Shown: positions 41,274-51,064 of the stretch, one piece after another
Layout of the letters: each line of letters opens with the position of its first letter
Position numbering within the stretch: the stretch's first letter is position 1
Assembly (NCBI GenBank): GCA_963699545.1
Contig: CAVOUE010000006.1
Coordinates: forward strand, 256,001-320,000
Length of the DNA: 64,000 bases
Origin: Nitrospirota bacterium
Lineage (GTDB): Bacteria; Nitrospirota; Thermodesulfovibrionia; Thermodesulfovibrionales; UBA9159
Direction: 5' to 3'
Notes under the pieces: model-generated
Told to the model about the DNA's origin: nothing
Database searches by the model: none
The model's input: the letters and a program-made list of their open reading frames with translations, nothing else
Position numbers and translations under genes: made by a program

Positions 41274-42005
41274 TTACGAACCTGAACGCAGAGATTCCTG
41301 GCCATCCCTCCAGCGTATCCACTTCAGTGAACTTCTGCGGATGAGTTCAGGCCATATCTGTGAAGGTTCCTTTTCGAAGATGGTCTCTGCATCTGCGTTC
41401 ATGACATGCCAGCCTCCCAGGGCCACCTCCCGGTCCAGCTGCCGGGGCGACCATCCTGCATAGCCTGCAAATACATGGAATCCCCTTCCGCTCTCTCCCT
41501 TGTCGACCATCCGCCGAAGGAGCTTCGCGCTTCCGCTGACATAGATATCCTTAAACACGTGGCCGGAATCTTCGGGCTTTTGAGCAGATCGAACGAGCAT
41601 GAGCATCTGATCGGTCCTGACCGGACCTCCGAAGTAGAGGGGGTCCATCCGCTTCTTCAGTCCCTCCATATCCGGAAACGCCCTTGACAGCCTGGCATCA
41701 GAAGGACGATTGATCACCAGCCCGACGGCGCCCTGGTCGCTATATTCCACCAGGAATATAACTGTCTCCAGGAACCTCGGGTCCTTCATTTCCCTCCCCG
41801 CAACAAGAAACTTCCCTCTGGAGAGGTTCGCATCCGGCTCGGGGAGAAAAGGCGAAACAGGCTCGACAGGTATTCTGGCCGCAAGAAGCCTGGTATCGCC
41901 GGGAAGAACTGGCCCGGCTGTCATCGCAAGAAGTGTGATGAGAAGTGTCGCGGTCAGCAGGAAGACAGCAGGACAAGAAAAGACCGGGTGTTCCGATTTG
42001 TTCAT
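41274..42005 (-). CDS. YqgE/AlgH (DUF179) protein with N-terminal signal/TM extension
   Basis: GAVGLVINRP, YFGGPV, GYAGWSPRQLDRE. Confidence 0.88.
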   Translation of the reverse strand: MNKSEHPVFSCPAVFLLTATLLITLLAMTAGPVLPGDTRLLAARIPVEPVSPFLPEPDANLSRGKFLVAGREMKDPRFLETVIFLVEYSDQGAVGLVINRPSDARLSRAFPDMEGLKKRMDPLYFGGPVRTDQMLMLVRSAQKPEDSGHVFKDIYVSGSAKLLRRMVDKGESGRGFHVFAGYAGWSPRQLDREVALGGWHVMNADAETIFEKEPSQIWPELIRRSSLKWIRWRDGQESLRSGS

Positions 42006-42327
42006 TTGATGGCGCTTTCAGTGGACATTCTCACAGGAGTACCGTGACGAAATAAAAGAAGGTGGCTCTCGCTTTTTTCTTCTTTGCCCGTTATCTCTCC
42101 GAGACTAATCGTCTCACGACTGAATTTCTTACAGCTCATGCCGCACGAGATACGGAACAAAGAGAGCAAGACCACCACCTTTACCGCCTCTCTTCTTGAT
42201 TTCAGCGTACTCCTTTTCATGGTGGCTGTCAAGCATTAATTTCGATCCCGGTGAGTGAGGGGATGAGCACAATGAGCACAAGATGACAGGTGCACTAACC
42301 GCCGAAAAGAGTATAATGAGATCAGCC

Positions 42328-42480
42328 ATGTGGACAATCTTTCTCCTCATCGTTCTCACCGTGGTATTCGGGATAGCGGCATGGCTCTTCTTCCTGTGGG
42401 CGGTGAAGAGCGGCCAGTACGATGACCCCGAGAGGCCGAAGCACCGGATGCTGGATGACGAAGACAGCGGAAAGAAGTAA
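42328..42480 (+). CDS. ccoS: cbb3 oxidase assembly protein
   Basis: FLWAVKSGQYDDPE...RMLDD motif. Confidence 0.88.
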   Translation: MWTIFLLIVLTVVFGIAAWLFFLWAVKSGQYDDPERPKHRMLDDEDSGKK

Positions 42481-42527
42481 GCCGTTCATTGAAAAAAAAG
42501 CCTCTGTGCTTTAAACTAAATCTCACC

Positions 42528-43736
42528 ATGCAGAAACTGATAACGCCGCTGATACAGAAAAATAATTCAAGGATCGTCCTTGTTGTACTGGATGGGTTGG
42601 GCGGTCTTCCTCTGAACGGCAGGACGGAGCTCGAGACTGCCAGGACGCCGAATCTCGATGCCCTTGCAGCCCGTTCAGCATGCGGACTCCATGTCCCTGT
42701 GGCCTACGGGATAACGCCGGGAAGCGGTCCGGGACACCTCGGCCTCTTCGGATACGACCCCGTGGAATGCCGGATCGGAAGAGGGGTGCTGGAGGCCCTT
42801 GGTCTCGGCCTTGAGGTGAAAAGAACGGATATTGCGGTAAGGGGTAACTACGCCTCCATGAGAGATGGAGTGATCACCGACAGGAGAGCGGGGAGGATCC
42901 CGACGGAGCAGAGCAAGAGACTCACCGAAAAACTCCAGAGGGAAATACCACGAATTGACGATGCGGAGTTCATCTTTGCCCCTGGCATGGAGCACAGGTT
43001 TGCTGTGGTGATGAGGTTCCCTCAGCCCCTCACACCGGAAGCAGCAATGATCAGCGATACCGATCCCCAGAAAGAGGGAAAGCCTCCGCTCGATGCACTG
43101 GCCCTCTCCAGGGATGCAGAGGCAGCGGCAGGGGTTGCCTGCCGTTTCGTGGGTGAGGCGCAGAAGGTGCTGAGAAACGAGGCCAAGGCAAATCACCTCT
43201 TGCTGAGGGGGTTTTCAGGCATGCCCCATGTCCCGACCTTCGAAGAGGCCTTTGGACTCAACGCCGTTGCCATCGCTACGTATCCCATGTACAGGGGTCT
43301 TGCAAAGATCGTGGGGATGGATACGCCTGCCCTTGAGGGAAGCGTTGAAGATGAAATACGGTTCCTGAAAAAGAACTTCGGCGAATATGACTTTTTCTTC
43401 CTGCACGTAAAAAAGGTTGACTCCTATGGCGAAGACGGCAATTTCCCGGGGAAGGCTGCGCGGATCGAGGAATTTGATGCACTCCTGCCGGAGATACTCT
43501 CCTTGAACCCTGACGTCCTGGTCATCACCGGGGACCATTCGACCCCTTCAGTCATGAAGGGCCACAGCTGGCACCCTGTGCCCCTGCTCCTGAGTTCCCC
43601 CTACGTCCTCGGGGGGTTATGCGCCTCGTTCTCGGAGAGGGAATGCGTGCGGGGCGAACTGGGCATCTTCCCTGCCGTGAACATCCTCCCCCTTGCCCTC
43701 GCCAATGCAGGAAGACTGAAAAAGTTCGGCGCATGA
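42528..43736 (+). CDS. apgM: 2,3-bisphosphoglycerate-independent phosphoglycerate mutase (ApgM type)
   Basis: VLDGLGG, TPGSGPGHL, DRRAGRI, TGDHSTP, HSWHPVP. Confidence 0.92.
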   Translation: MQKLITPLIQKNNSRIVLVVLDGLGGLPLNGRTELETARTPNLDALAARSACGLHVPVAYGITPGSGPGHLGLFGYDPVECRIGRGVLEALGLGLEVKRTDIAVRGNYASMRDGVITDRRAGRIPTEQSKRLTEKLQREIPRIDDAEFIFAPGMEHRFAVVMRFPQPLTPEAAMISDTDPQKEGKPPLDALALSRDAEAAAGVACRFVGEAQKVLRNEAKANHLLLRGFSGMPHVPTFEEAFGLNAVAIATYPMYRGLAKIVGMDTPALEGSVEDEIRFLKKNFGEYDFFFLHVKKVDSYGEDGNFPGKAARIEEFDALLPEILSLNPDVLVITGDHSTPSVMKGHSWHPVPLLLSSPYVLGGLCASFSERECVRGELGIFPAVNILPLALANAGRLKKFGA

Positions 43737-45181
43737 TCGATACCCACTGTCATCTCGATATGTTCCCCTGCGATGCTGAACCTTCAGAAAAAGGAGCTGG
43801 ATTGACGGGAGACGGCAGGGAGGCTGTCATCCGCAGGGCATCAGAGGCGGGTCTCGAAGCCATCATAACGATAGGGTCTGACTTTCAGAGCAATCTTACC
43901 AATAATGCGATCACAGATGAGTATGAAATGGTATACGCTTCAGTCGGTATCCATCCTCACGATGCGAAAGATTTTACTGACGATGTGTACAAGCAGTTGA
44001 AAGAATGGGCAACGCCACGGATCACGCCTTCACCCCCCCATCCCCCCCTTATCAAGGGGGGGCAACGGGGGGGTAAGATTGTCGCAATCGGAGAGACCGG
44101 CCTGGATTACTATTATAATCATTCGCCCCGGGATACACAGAGGGAGGTCTTCAGAAAGCACCTTGAACTTGCGGGAAAGACCGGGCTTCCCGCCGTTATC
44201 CACAGCCGTGACGCAAAGGAGGATACGCTGGAGATATTGGGGGAATCAGGCATCGCAAAAGGAGTTCTGCACTGTTTCTCCGGGGACATGGATATGGCGG
44301 AGAGGGTCATGGAGATGGGACTCTACATTTCCTTTGCCGGGCCCGTCACCTTTAAGAACGCAGGAAAACTCTCCGAGATAGCGAAGGAAATACCCGACGA
44401 CTACCTTCTCATCGAGACGGACGCCCCCTACCTTGCGCCTGAGCCGATGAGAGGGAGAAGAAATGAGCCGTCCTATATCATTCACACGGTGAAGCGTCTC
44501 GCTGAGTTAAGGGGAGTGAGCGGGGAGGATATCGTGAGAATCACGACCCTCAATGCTCGCAGGCTCTTCGGGATAGGCGGGCTGCCTTCGCAAGGGGAGA
44601 TCGCATACAGGATCAGGGACAGCCTCTATCTGAATATCACGAACCGGTGCACGAACAGATGCTCCTTCTGTGTGAGATTCCATTCCGATTATGTCAAGGG
44701 ACATAACCTCAGGCTTCCTGAGGAACCGACGGAAGAAGTATTAAAAAGAGCTATCGGCGATCCGACCCGCTATCGGGAGGTCGTGTTCTGCGGATACGGC
44801 GAACCCCTCCTGAGGCTTGAAACCGTCAGGAATCTTTCCCGATGGATAAAGGAAATGGGTGGCTTCGTACGGATCAACACGAACGGTCACGGGAACCTGA
44901 TCCACGGACGGAACATCCTTCCGGAACTCGAGGGTATCGTGGATTCCGTCTCTGTGAGTCTCGATGCCCATGATGAGGAGTCATATAACAGGATCTGTGC
45001 TCCGGCATTCGAGAACGCATTCCGGGAAGTCGTTTCATTCATCAGGGACGCGAAGGCATGTATCCCCCACGTTCAGGCCACCGTGGTAGAAGTGGAAGGT
45101 GTGGATCTGGAGAGATGCAGAAAGATAACGGACGAGCTGGGAGTGACGCTCAGGGTACGGAAGCTGGATGTTGTTGGGTAG
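43733..45181 (+). CDS. TatD nuclease fused to TatD-associated radical SAM domain
   Basis: DTHCHLD, GETGLDY, HCFSG, ETDAPYL; then YLNITNRCTNRCSFC and VFCGYGEP. Confidence 0.9.
   Translation: MIDTHCHLDMFPCDAEPSEKGAGLTGDGREAVIRRASEAGLEAIITIGSDFQSNLTNNAITDEYEMVYASVGIHPHDAKDFTDDVYKQLKEWATPRITPSPPHPPLIKGGQRGGKIVAIGETGLDYYYNHSPRDTQREVFRKHLELAGKTGLPAVIHSRDAKEDTLEILGESGIAKGVLHCFSGDMDMAERVMEMGLYISFAGPVTFKNAGKLSEIAKEIPDDYLLIETDAPYLAPEPMRGRRNEPSYIIHTVKRLAELRGVSGEDIVRITTLNARRLFGIGGLPSQGEIAYRIRDSLYLNITNRCTNRCSFCVRFHSDYVKGHNLRLPEEPTEEVLKRAIGDPTRYREVVFCGYGEPLLRLETVRNLSRWIKEMGGFVRINTNGHGNLIHGRNILPELEGIVDSVSVSLDAHDEESYNRICAPAFENAFREVVSFIRDAKACIPHVQATVVEVEGVDLERCRKITDELGVTLRVRKLDVVG
44031..44074. repeat. Palindromic element in frame inside tatD (encodes SPPHPPLIKGGQRGG)
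   Basis: ACCCCCCC-AT-CCCCCCCTT-ATC-AAGGGGGGG-CAAC-GGGGGGGT hairpin. Confidence 0.85.
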
Positions 45182-45254
45182 CCCGCCGCGGGATGGTCAG
45201 CGTATCCTGTTCATCCATAAGAACGGCCTTGCTCATTCCTCTCGTCCCGGACAG

Positions 45255-46529
45255 TCACATGCCACGCAATGCAGAGGAAAGAAACTCTTCTATCCCCGCG
45301 ATATCAACCTCTCCCTGGGAGCCGTCCCTGAGATTTTTCCATTTCACCCTGCCCGAAGAGAGTTCATCATCACCAAGAATCAGGACATAACGGGATGACA
45401 GCCTGTCCGCCTTGCGGAGCTGACTCCTCAGGGAAGACCCGTCATAGCCGGCCTCGGCGCATATCCCCCTTGCCCGCAATCTCCCGGCCATAAGAAAGGA
45501 CTCTCTTGTCGCCTTTTCACCTATGGGGGCGATATAGACATCGGGAAATGCCTCTGCGACACCCTCCTTGTCCCTGATGAGCGTCGTCAGCCTCTCCATT
45601 CCAATGGCGAACCCGATGCCGGGAGTGGGAGGTCCGCCGAATTCCTCCACCAGTTTGTCGTATCTCCCACCGGCAGCCACCGCCTTCTGCGCTCCAAGGT
45701 GTTCACTGGTGACCTCAAAGGTGGTCCTCATGTAGTAATCGAGACCCCTCACCATGTCGGGATTCAGCACGTAGGGAATATTGAAACGGGTGAGCGAAGA
45801 AAGGACCTCATCGAAGTGGACCCTGCAGTCGCCGCAGAGAAAGCCGGTCACACGGGGCGCTCCCTTCCGGACTTCAATACACCGTTCCACCTTGCAATCC
45901 AGTATCCGCAAGGGATTTTGCTCGTATCTCCTTTTGCAATCCGGGCAGAGGTCACCAAGTCTTGACGAGAAAAAAACCTGCAAGGCGTTCCTGTAGGCCG
46001 GCCTGCACTTCTCACAGCCGATGGAGTTTACCTCAAAGCTCACCCCTTTCAGTCCCAGCCTCTCCAGAAGGACCTTGAGCATCACGATAACCTCTGCATC
46101 GAGAAGGGGAGAAGCCATACCGAATGCCTCGACGCCTATCTGGTGGAACTGCCGGAACCGTCCCTTCTGCGGCCTCTCATACCTGAACATCGGACCGGAA
46201 TAGAAGAACCTCTGGGGAGCAGGGAGGTTGTAAAGATGGTGCTCTACATAAGCCCTCACCACAGAAGCGGTCCCTTCGGGCCTCAGGGTAATGCTCCTGC
46301 CCGCCTTGTCAGGGAAGGTGTACATCTCCTTCTCGACGATATCGGTTGTCTCCCCGATGCTTCTGGTAAAGAGGGTCGTGGGCTCTATGATCGGGGGCCT
46401 GATCTCCTGAAATCCATAGAGGGCGAAGACATCACGGGCTGCCGCTTCAACCTTCTGCCACAGGGAACTATCAGGGGGAAGGATGTCCTGGACGCCTTTG
46501 AGGGCACTGAACCGGGGGGAAGAACTCAC
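45255..46529 (-). CDS. hisS: Histidine--tRNA ligase
   Basis: LRPEGTA, FRYERPQKGRFRQF, RGLDYY, GGRYD. Confidence 0.96.
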   Translation of the reverse strand: MSSSPRFSALKGVQDILPPDSSLWQKVEAAARDVFALYGFQEIRPPIIEPTTLFTRSIGETTDIVEKEMYTFPDKAGRSITLRPEGTASVVRAYVEHHLYNLPAPQRFFYSGPMFRYERPQKGRFRQFHQIGVEAFGMASPLLDAEVIVMLKVLLERLGLKGVSFEVNSIGCEKCRPAYRNALQVFFSSRLGDLCPDCKRRYEQNPLRILDCKVERCIEVRKGAPRVTGFLCGDCRVHFDEVLSSLTRFNIPYVLNPDMVRGLDYYMRTTFEVTSEHLGAQKAVAAGGRYDKLVEEFGGPPTPGIGFAIGMERLTTLIRDKEGVAEAFPDVYIAPIGEKATRESFLMAGRLRARGICAEAGYDGSSLRSQLRKADRLSSRYVLILGDDELSSGRVKWKNLRDGSQGEVDIAGIEEFLSSALRGM

Positions 46530-47005
46530 GCCGAGATACCGCCTGCCTCTTCCCCTTCGCGCTCTTTGTCAAACTCCAGCATCCGCGCGTGGCTCTCGAT
46601 GAGCCTCTTCAATTCTTCCTTGAAGTGCCTGCGGATCCCCTTAAGGTCAACGATATCCTCATGGATCTTCACCACCTTTTCCTGGGCCTCTTTCATTACG
46701 CCATCAGCCCTGATCTCAGCCTCCCTTATGAGAAGCTCCGCCTCCTTCCGCGAATTGGTCTTGTATTCTTCCACCATCTGCTGGGCTGTCATGAGGGTCT
46801 CACGGAGGGTCGTTTCCATGTCCCTGTATTCCTTTATCTGGTTCTCTGCACGGTGGATATGTTCCTTCAGAGTGGCGTTTTCCCTGAGAAAGTCCTCCAT
46901 CTCCTCCCTCACGACCTCCAGAAAGGCATAGACCTCCTCCACATCGAACCCCCTGAACTTCATGGGGAACTGCTTTTGCTGAATATCTAGCGGCGTGATC
47001 CTCAT
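46526..47005 (-). CDS. divIVA: DivIVA-domain protein
   Basis: ITPLDIQQKQF..FRGFDVEEV followed by coiled coil. Confidence 0.9.
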   Translation of the reverse strand: MRITPLDIQQKQFPMKFRGFDVEEVYAFLEVVREEMEDFLRENATLKEHIHRAENQIKEYRDMETTLRETLMTAQQMVEEYKTNSRKEAELLIREAEIRADGVMKEAQEKVVKIHEDIVDLKGIRRHFKEELKRLIESHARMLEFDKEREGEEAGGISA

Positions 47006-47006
47006 A

Positions 47007-47312
47007 TTAACCACCTCCCAATTTATACCCGAGTTTTATTAAAGACCGTACCATAAACATTTGAATGAATATAATAACAAGAATGACGATCATAGGGGAA
47101 ATATCGACAGGTCCCAGCCGGAAGCCGATGAGCCTCCTTATGGGTCTGAGCACAGGCTCCGTAACGGCATAGAGGAACCGCACTATGGGATTGTATGGGT
47201 CCGGACTGACCCAGCTTACAACGGCCGCGATGATGATAACCCAAAAATAGATATCAAGCACAACATTCAATATCTGTGCTATGGCCAGGACCAGATTGCC
47301 GAAAAGAAACAC
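47007..47312 (-). CDS. yggT: YggT family membrane protein
   Basis: SWVSPDPYNPIVRFL..TEPVLRPIR..DISP. Confidence 0.92.
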   Translation of the reverse strand: MFLFGNLVLAIAQILNVVLDIYFWVIIIAAVVSWVSPDPYNPIVRFLYAVTEPVLRPIRRLIGFRLGPVDISPMIVILVIIFIQMFMVRSLIKLGYKLGGG

Positions 47313-48100
47313 TATTCCCTCCTCCCCAATTCCTCCGCCCTCCTGAGGGCAGCCAGCAGGGCGTCCCCCACGATACCCGTGAGACCCTTCGCCCCGAAGA
47401 CCTTTAATCCCGCCGCGGTGGTTCCCCCCGGCGAGGTCACCATCTCCCTCACCCTTTCAGGGGTCATGCCGGTTTCAAAGAGCCGTGCAGTGCCGATGAG
47501 GGTCTGCACAGCCAGCTCAGCGGAGTTGTTCCTGCTTAATCCCATGGTAACTCCGGCCTCTATCATGGCCTCCGCAAACAGCGCAACAAAGGCAGGCCCG
47601 CTTCCGGACAACGCCGTCACCGCATTCATATACTTTTCAGGCAGGACAAGGACCTTGCCCACCGACATGAATATCTCCCGCACCGCAAGGATGTCTCCCT
47701 CGGTAAAACATTCGCACAGGGACATCACGGCCATACCTTCCTGGACCAGGGCCGGTGTATTGGGCATCACCCTTACGAGCCGTCTCGTCTTCAACTTGGA
47801 CTGGAGATACGAGAGAGGAATCCCCGCGGCGATGGAGACCACGGTCTTCTCCTCGGTGATCACATCGGCGATCTCATCAAGAACTGCGGCCATATTCTGG
47901 GGCTTCACGGCGAGGACAATGATCTTGCCTGAGGATGCCACCGGCCTGTTCAGGGGGCTCGTCATTATCCTGTAGGACTGCTCAAGGTAGTTCCGCCTCT
48001 CCTCCCTCGGCTCGGAAACGATGATCTCCCTCATGCCGTGGGAAGTCATCCCCTTGATAAGCGCCTCTGCCATGTTGCCGCCACCGATGAAACCGATCAT
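47312..48100 (-). CDS. proC: Pyrroline-5-carboxylate reductase
   Basis: GFIGGGNM, RVMPNTP, SGSGPA, VTSPGGTT. Confidence 0.95.
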   Translation of the reverse strand: MIGFIGGGNMAEALIKGMTSHGMREIIVSEPREERRNYLEQSYRIMTSPLNRPVASSGKIIVLAVKPQNMAAVLDEIADVITEEKTVVSIAAGIPLSYLQSKLKTRRLVRVMPNTPALVQEGMAVMSLCECFTEGDILAVREIFMSVGKVLVLPEKYMNAVTALSGSGPAFVALFAEAMIEAGVTMGLSRNNSAELAVQTLIGTARLFETGMTPERVREMVTSPGGTTAAGLKVFGAKGLTGIVGDALLAALRRAEELGRRE

Positions 48101-48183
48101 CCGACCTCCTTACATACTGCTCTATTCTATCTAAAACCGTTCTCTTTTTCTATCAACCAATTTCCCAGTCGCCGAAAAGCAAA

Positions 48184-48243
48184 GGGGACTGTCCCAGATT
48201 TACGGACGGAGTGAAGCGAAGTCGTAGAATCGGGACTGTCCCC
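48184..48243. repeat. Short element bounded by two GGGACTGTCCC palindromes
   Basis: GGGGACTGTCCC (48184..48195) and GGGACTGTCCCC (48232..48243), between yggS and proC. Confidence 0.65.
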
Positions 48244-48262
48244 AAAACTGTGCAGGTTCCCC

Positions 48263-48964
48263 TTATTTCCTCTCCCCGAATATCGCCGTGCCGACCCTCA
48301 CCATGGTCGCTCCTTCTTCAATGGCCACTTCAAAGTCGTTGGACATGCCCATGGATAATTCCGGCAGGGAGATACCGCGGTCCTGAGCGGCGTCCCTCAA
48401 TTCTCTCAATCCCTTGAAATAGCGGCGGGCCTCTTCGGGGTTCTCAGAGAAAGGCGGGATGGCCATCAGTCCGCGGAGGAGGAGATGCTTCAGAGACGCC
48501 ACTTCGGCCAGAACAGGCATGAGGTTGCGCTTATCGACCCCGTGCTTCGTTTCCTCCAAGGCGAGGTTGACCTCAACAAGCACGTGCTGCACCTTGCCGA
48601 TCTTTTCCGAAGATTTACTGATCTCGCGCGCGAGCTCGATGGAGTCTACGGAGTGTATGAGATCGAAGAGCTGAACAGCATGTTTTGCCTTATTCCTTTG
48701 AAGGTGACCTATCAGGTGCCACCCGATCTTGAGACTTGAGACCTGAGACTTGAGATGTGAGATCTTTTCCCTTGCTTCCTGGACCCTGTTTTCCCCGAAA
48801 ACCCGCAAGCCCGCATCGATGGCCTCTCTTATCTGCCCAACACCAACGGTTTTGGTCACCGCGATAAGCTTCACCTCTTCAGGATCCCTCCCTGCCCTCA
48901 TGGCGGCATGGGACATCCTTTTGTACACAGCGCTTATGTTCTCCAGGAGTGTGTGCGTGTTCAT
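48263..48964 (-). CDS. yggS: PLP homeostasis protein
   Basis: LIAVTKT, FGENRVQE, WHLIGHLQRNK, LSMGMSNDFE. Confidence 0.95.
   Translation of the reverse strand: MNTHTLLENISAVYKRMSHAAMRAGRDPEEVKLIAVTKTVGVGQIREAIDAGLRVFGENRVQEAREKISHLKSQVSSLKIGWHLIGHLQRNKAKHAVQLFDLIHSVDSIELAREISKSSEKIGKVQHVLVEVNLALEETKHGVDKRNLMPVLAEVASLKHLLLRGLMAIPPFSENPEEARRYFKGLRELRDAAQDRGISLPELSMGMSNDFEVAIEEGATMVRVGTAIFGERK
48728..48762. repeat. Five tandem heptamers (CTTGAGA-like) inside yggS
   Basis: CTTGAGA CTTGAGA CCTGAGA CTTGAGA TGTGAGA. Confidence 0.8.
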
Positions 48965-49217
48965 TTCATCATGATCTCATCATTCATGTACGTTGTTAAA
49001 CACCCTTGCAGCATCAAATGAGCAGGCATGTCATGTGAAAAAAAGTCTTAGCGACACCATAAAGTATTCGCAACCACATTTCAAATCTGCCGTAATCCCG
49101 ACTTTTATCGGGATTCAAACCACTTTGTTTTTCCCTGATAATGAGTCAAAATCTATTTACAAAATTGTCGCATTAAGACTTTATTGAATCAGGGCATACC
49201 TGCTCACCGCATCATCA

Positions 49218-50855
49218 TCAGCCTGTCTTCAGTGCCTTTTGATACTCATCCCATAGCCTCTCTTTTGGTACATAGTTGTCGATGAAGTCCCATGGCAGTA
49301 TATCATGAAAATCTCTCTGCCGGAAGAGGGAGAAATTCGGATCTATGCCGGCTTCGGCGCACGCCCTTCCCCAATCCTCGACAACCTGCATCTTCTCCAG
49401 AACCCAGGCAATTCTCCTGTCACCCCTTGAGAAGAGTCCCTGCATGTAGGCATATTTCGGGACATCATGAAATACCTTCACCCCCTTGAGCAGGGCGAGT
49501 TCCTTCTTTACGGATTTCAGCCTGCCCTTTACCACCTCCATCTTTTCCATGGGATGCCACTGAAAGGGGGTGAACGGCTTCGGGACAAAGGTGCTCAGCG
49601 TCAGGACAATTTTCCCTTTCTCCGAAATCCTCCTGATCTTTTTCACAAGGGAAATTATCCCTTCCACATCCCTTTCGCCCTCGGTGGGAAGGCCGACCAT
49701 GAAATACAGCCTGAGGGTCTCAATCCCATGGGCGAGGATGTGCTCCGCTGTTTCAACAATGCTCTCTTCGGTTATCCTTTTGTCGATCACGTTCCTCAAC
49801 CGCTGGGTGCCCGCCTCCGGCGCTATGGAGACGCTCTTATGCCCCTTGAGAAGGCCCATGAGTTCAGCGCTTTTCCTGCTCGCCCTGAGAGAGGTGATCG
49901 AGAAATCGACGCCGTCCATGCAAAGGATATCCCCTGCGTGCGGGTAGTCAGTGAGGGAGGGGGCGATAAGCCCGAGCCTGCTGCCCGCTGCCGCTGCCTC
50001 TGCAATCTCCTTTTTTAATGCCCCCGGGTCCTTCTTCCGTACCGGCTTATACACGGAACCGGCAACACAGAACCTGCAGTTCCACGGACATCCCCGCATG
50101 GCCTCGGTGAGATACATGCCGGAAAACTCCGTTTCCGGTGTCATAATGGATGGCCTGAAGGAACGCCCTGATATCTCCTTCACAAATCTTCTCCTTATGT
50201 GCCCCGGCGCATCGGCCCGCGCCGTTCTCCCGTCAATTCTCCCGTCAGATCCGTACGTGATCGCGTACAGGTGCGGCAGGTAAACCCCATCAATGCCCCT
50301 CACCCTCCCAAGGAGATCTTCCCTGCTCCGGGAAGCCCCGAACGAATCCATGAAGTCCGGAAGCATCTCCTCTGCCTCTCCGATAAAGCAGATGTCAAAG
50401 AAGTCCGCCAGCGGCTCCGGATTAAAGAATGCGCACACCCCTCCCATGATGAGGAGGGGATGAACGTCCTTTCGTTCAGCCGCCCTCGCAGGGATCTTCG
50501 CCATCTCAAGGAGCTTCAGGACATTGGGATAATCATTTTCGAAGGAGACCGAAAAAGCAACGATATCGAATCTGTTCAGAGGTCGTTTCGATTCCATGGA
50601 CACAATCTCGCTCCGTGTCCTCAGATATTCCTCCCCGTCCTCTTCGTCGGGGAGGAACGTTCTTTCGCAGACCACCTCTGCCCTCGCATTCAGCGCCGTG
50701 TAAATACCCTGGAAACCGAGGTTTGACATGCCGATGTGGTACGTATTGGGATAGACAATGCAGACGCTGATTCTTCCGCCGGGGTCCTTATGGACGGTCC
50801 CTTTTTCCTTTGCGAGGAGAGAATCTATCTTCGCCGCTAGCTTCCTGCTCACCAT
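49218..50855 (-). CDS. Radical SAM protein (TIGR03960-like B12-binding family)
   Basis: YPNTYHIGMSNLG, RGCPWNCRFC, APEAG, YFMVGLPTE, PKPFTPFQW. Confidence 0.85.
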   Translation of the reverse strand: MVSRKLAAKIDSLLAKEKGTVHKDPGGRISVCIVYPNTYHIGMSNLGFQGIYTALNARAEVVCERTFLPDEEDGEEYLRTRSEIVSMESKRPLNRFDIVAFSVSFENDYPNVLKLLEMAKIPARAAERKDVHPLLIMGGVCAFFNPEPLADFFDICFIGEAEEMLPDFMDSFGASRSREDLLGRVRGIDGVYLPHLYAITYGSDGRIDGRTARADAPGHIRRRFVKEISGRSFRPSIMTPETEFSGMYLTEAMRGCPWNCRFCVAGSVYKPVRKKDPGALKKEIAEAAAAGSRLGLIAPSLTDYPHAGDILCMDGVDFSITSLRASRKSAELMGLLKGHKSVSIAPEAGTQRLRNVIDKRITEESIVETAEHILAHGIETLRLYFMVGLPTEGERDVEGIISLVKKIRRISEKGKIVLTLSTFVPKPFTPFQWHPMEKMEVVKGRLKSVKKELALLKGVKVFHDVPKYAYMQGLFSRGDRRIAWVLEKMQVVEDWGRACAEAGIDPNFSLFRQRDFHDILPWDFIDNYVPKERLWDEYQKALKTG

Positions 50856-51064
50856 CAGGAATAGTATACATCAAGCATGCCGGGAGAGAGTTATCGCTCA
50901 TGCTGTTGCTCCGGGCCATGTTAATGATCGCAACGGTCAAGGTTGACATTTGTCCGCGGAAGAGTAGTATATGTGGTAGAATATGCCACAAAAAAATGGG
51001 ATCCAGGAATGCAAAAGGCAAGTGCGATCTTCAAAGATAAGGTGAGAGAGGTCTGCGGATCACG

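Noticed and set aside
42002-42359. Small minus-strand ORFs between yqgE and ccoS
   Set aside because: No motif or clear RBS, and they overlap each other; cannot be supported.
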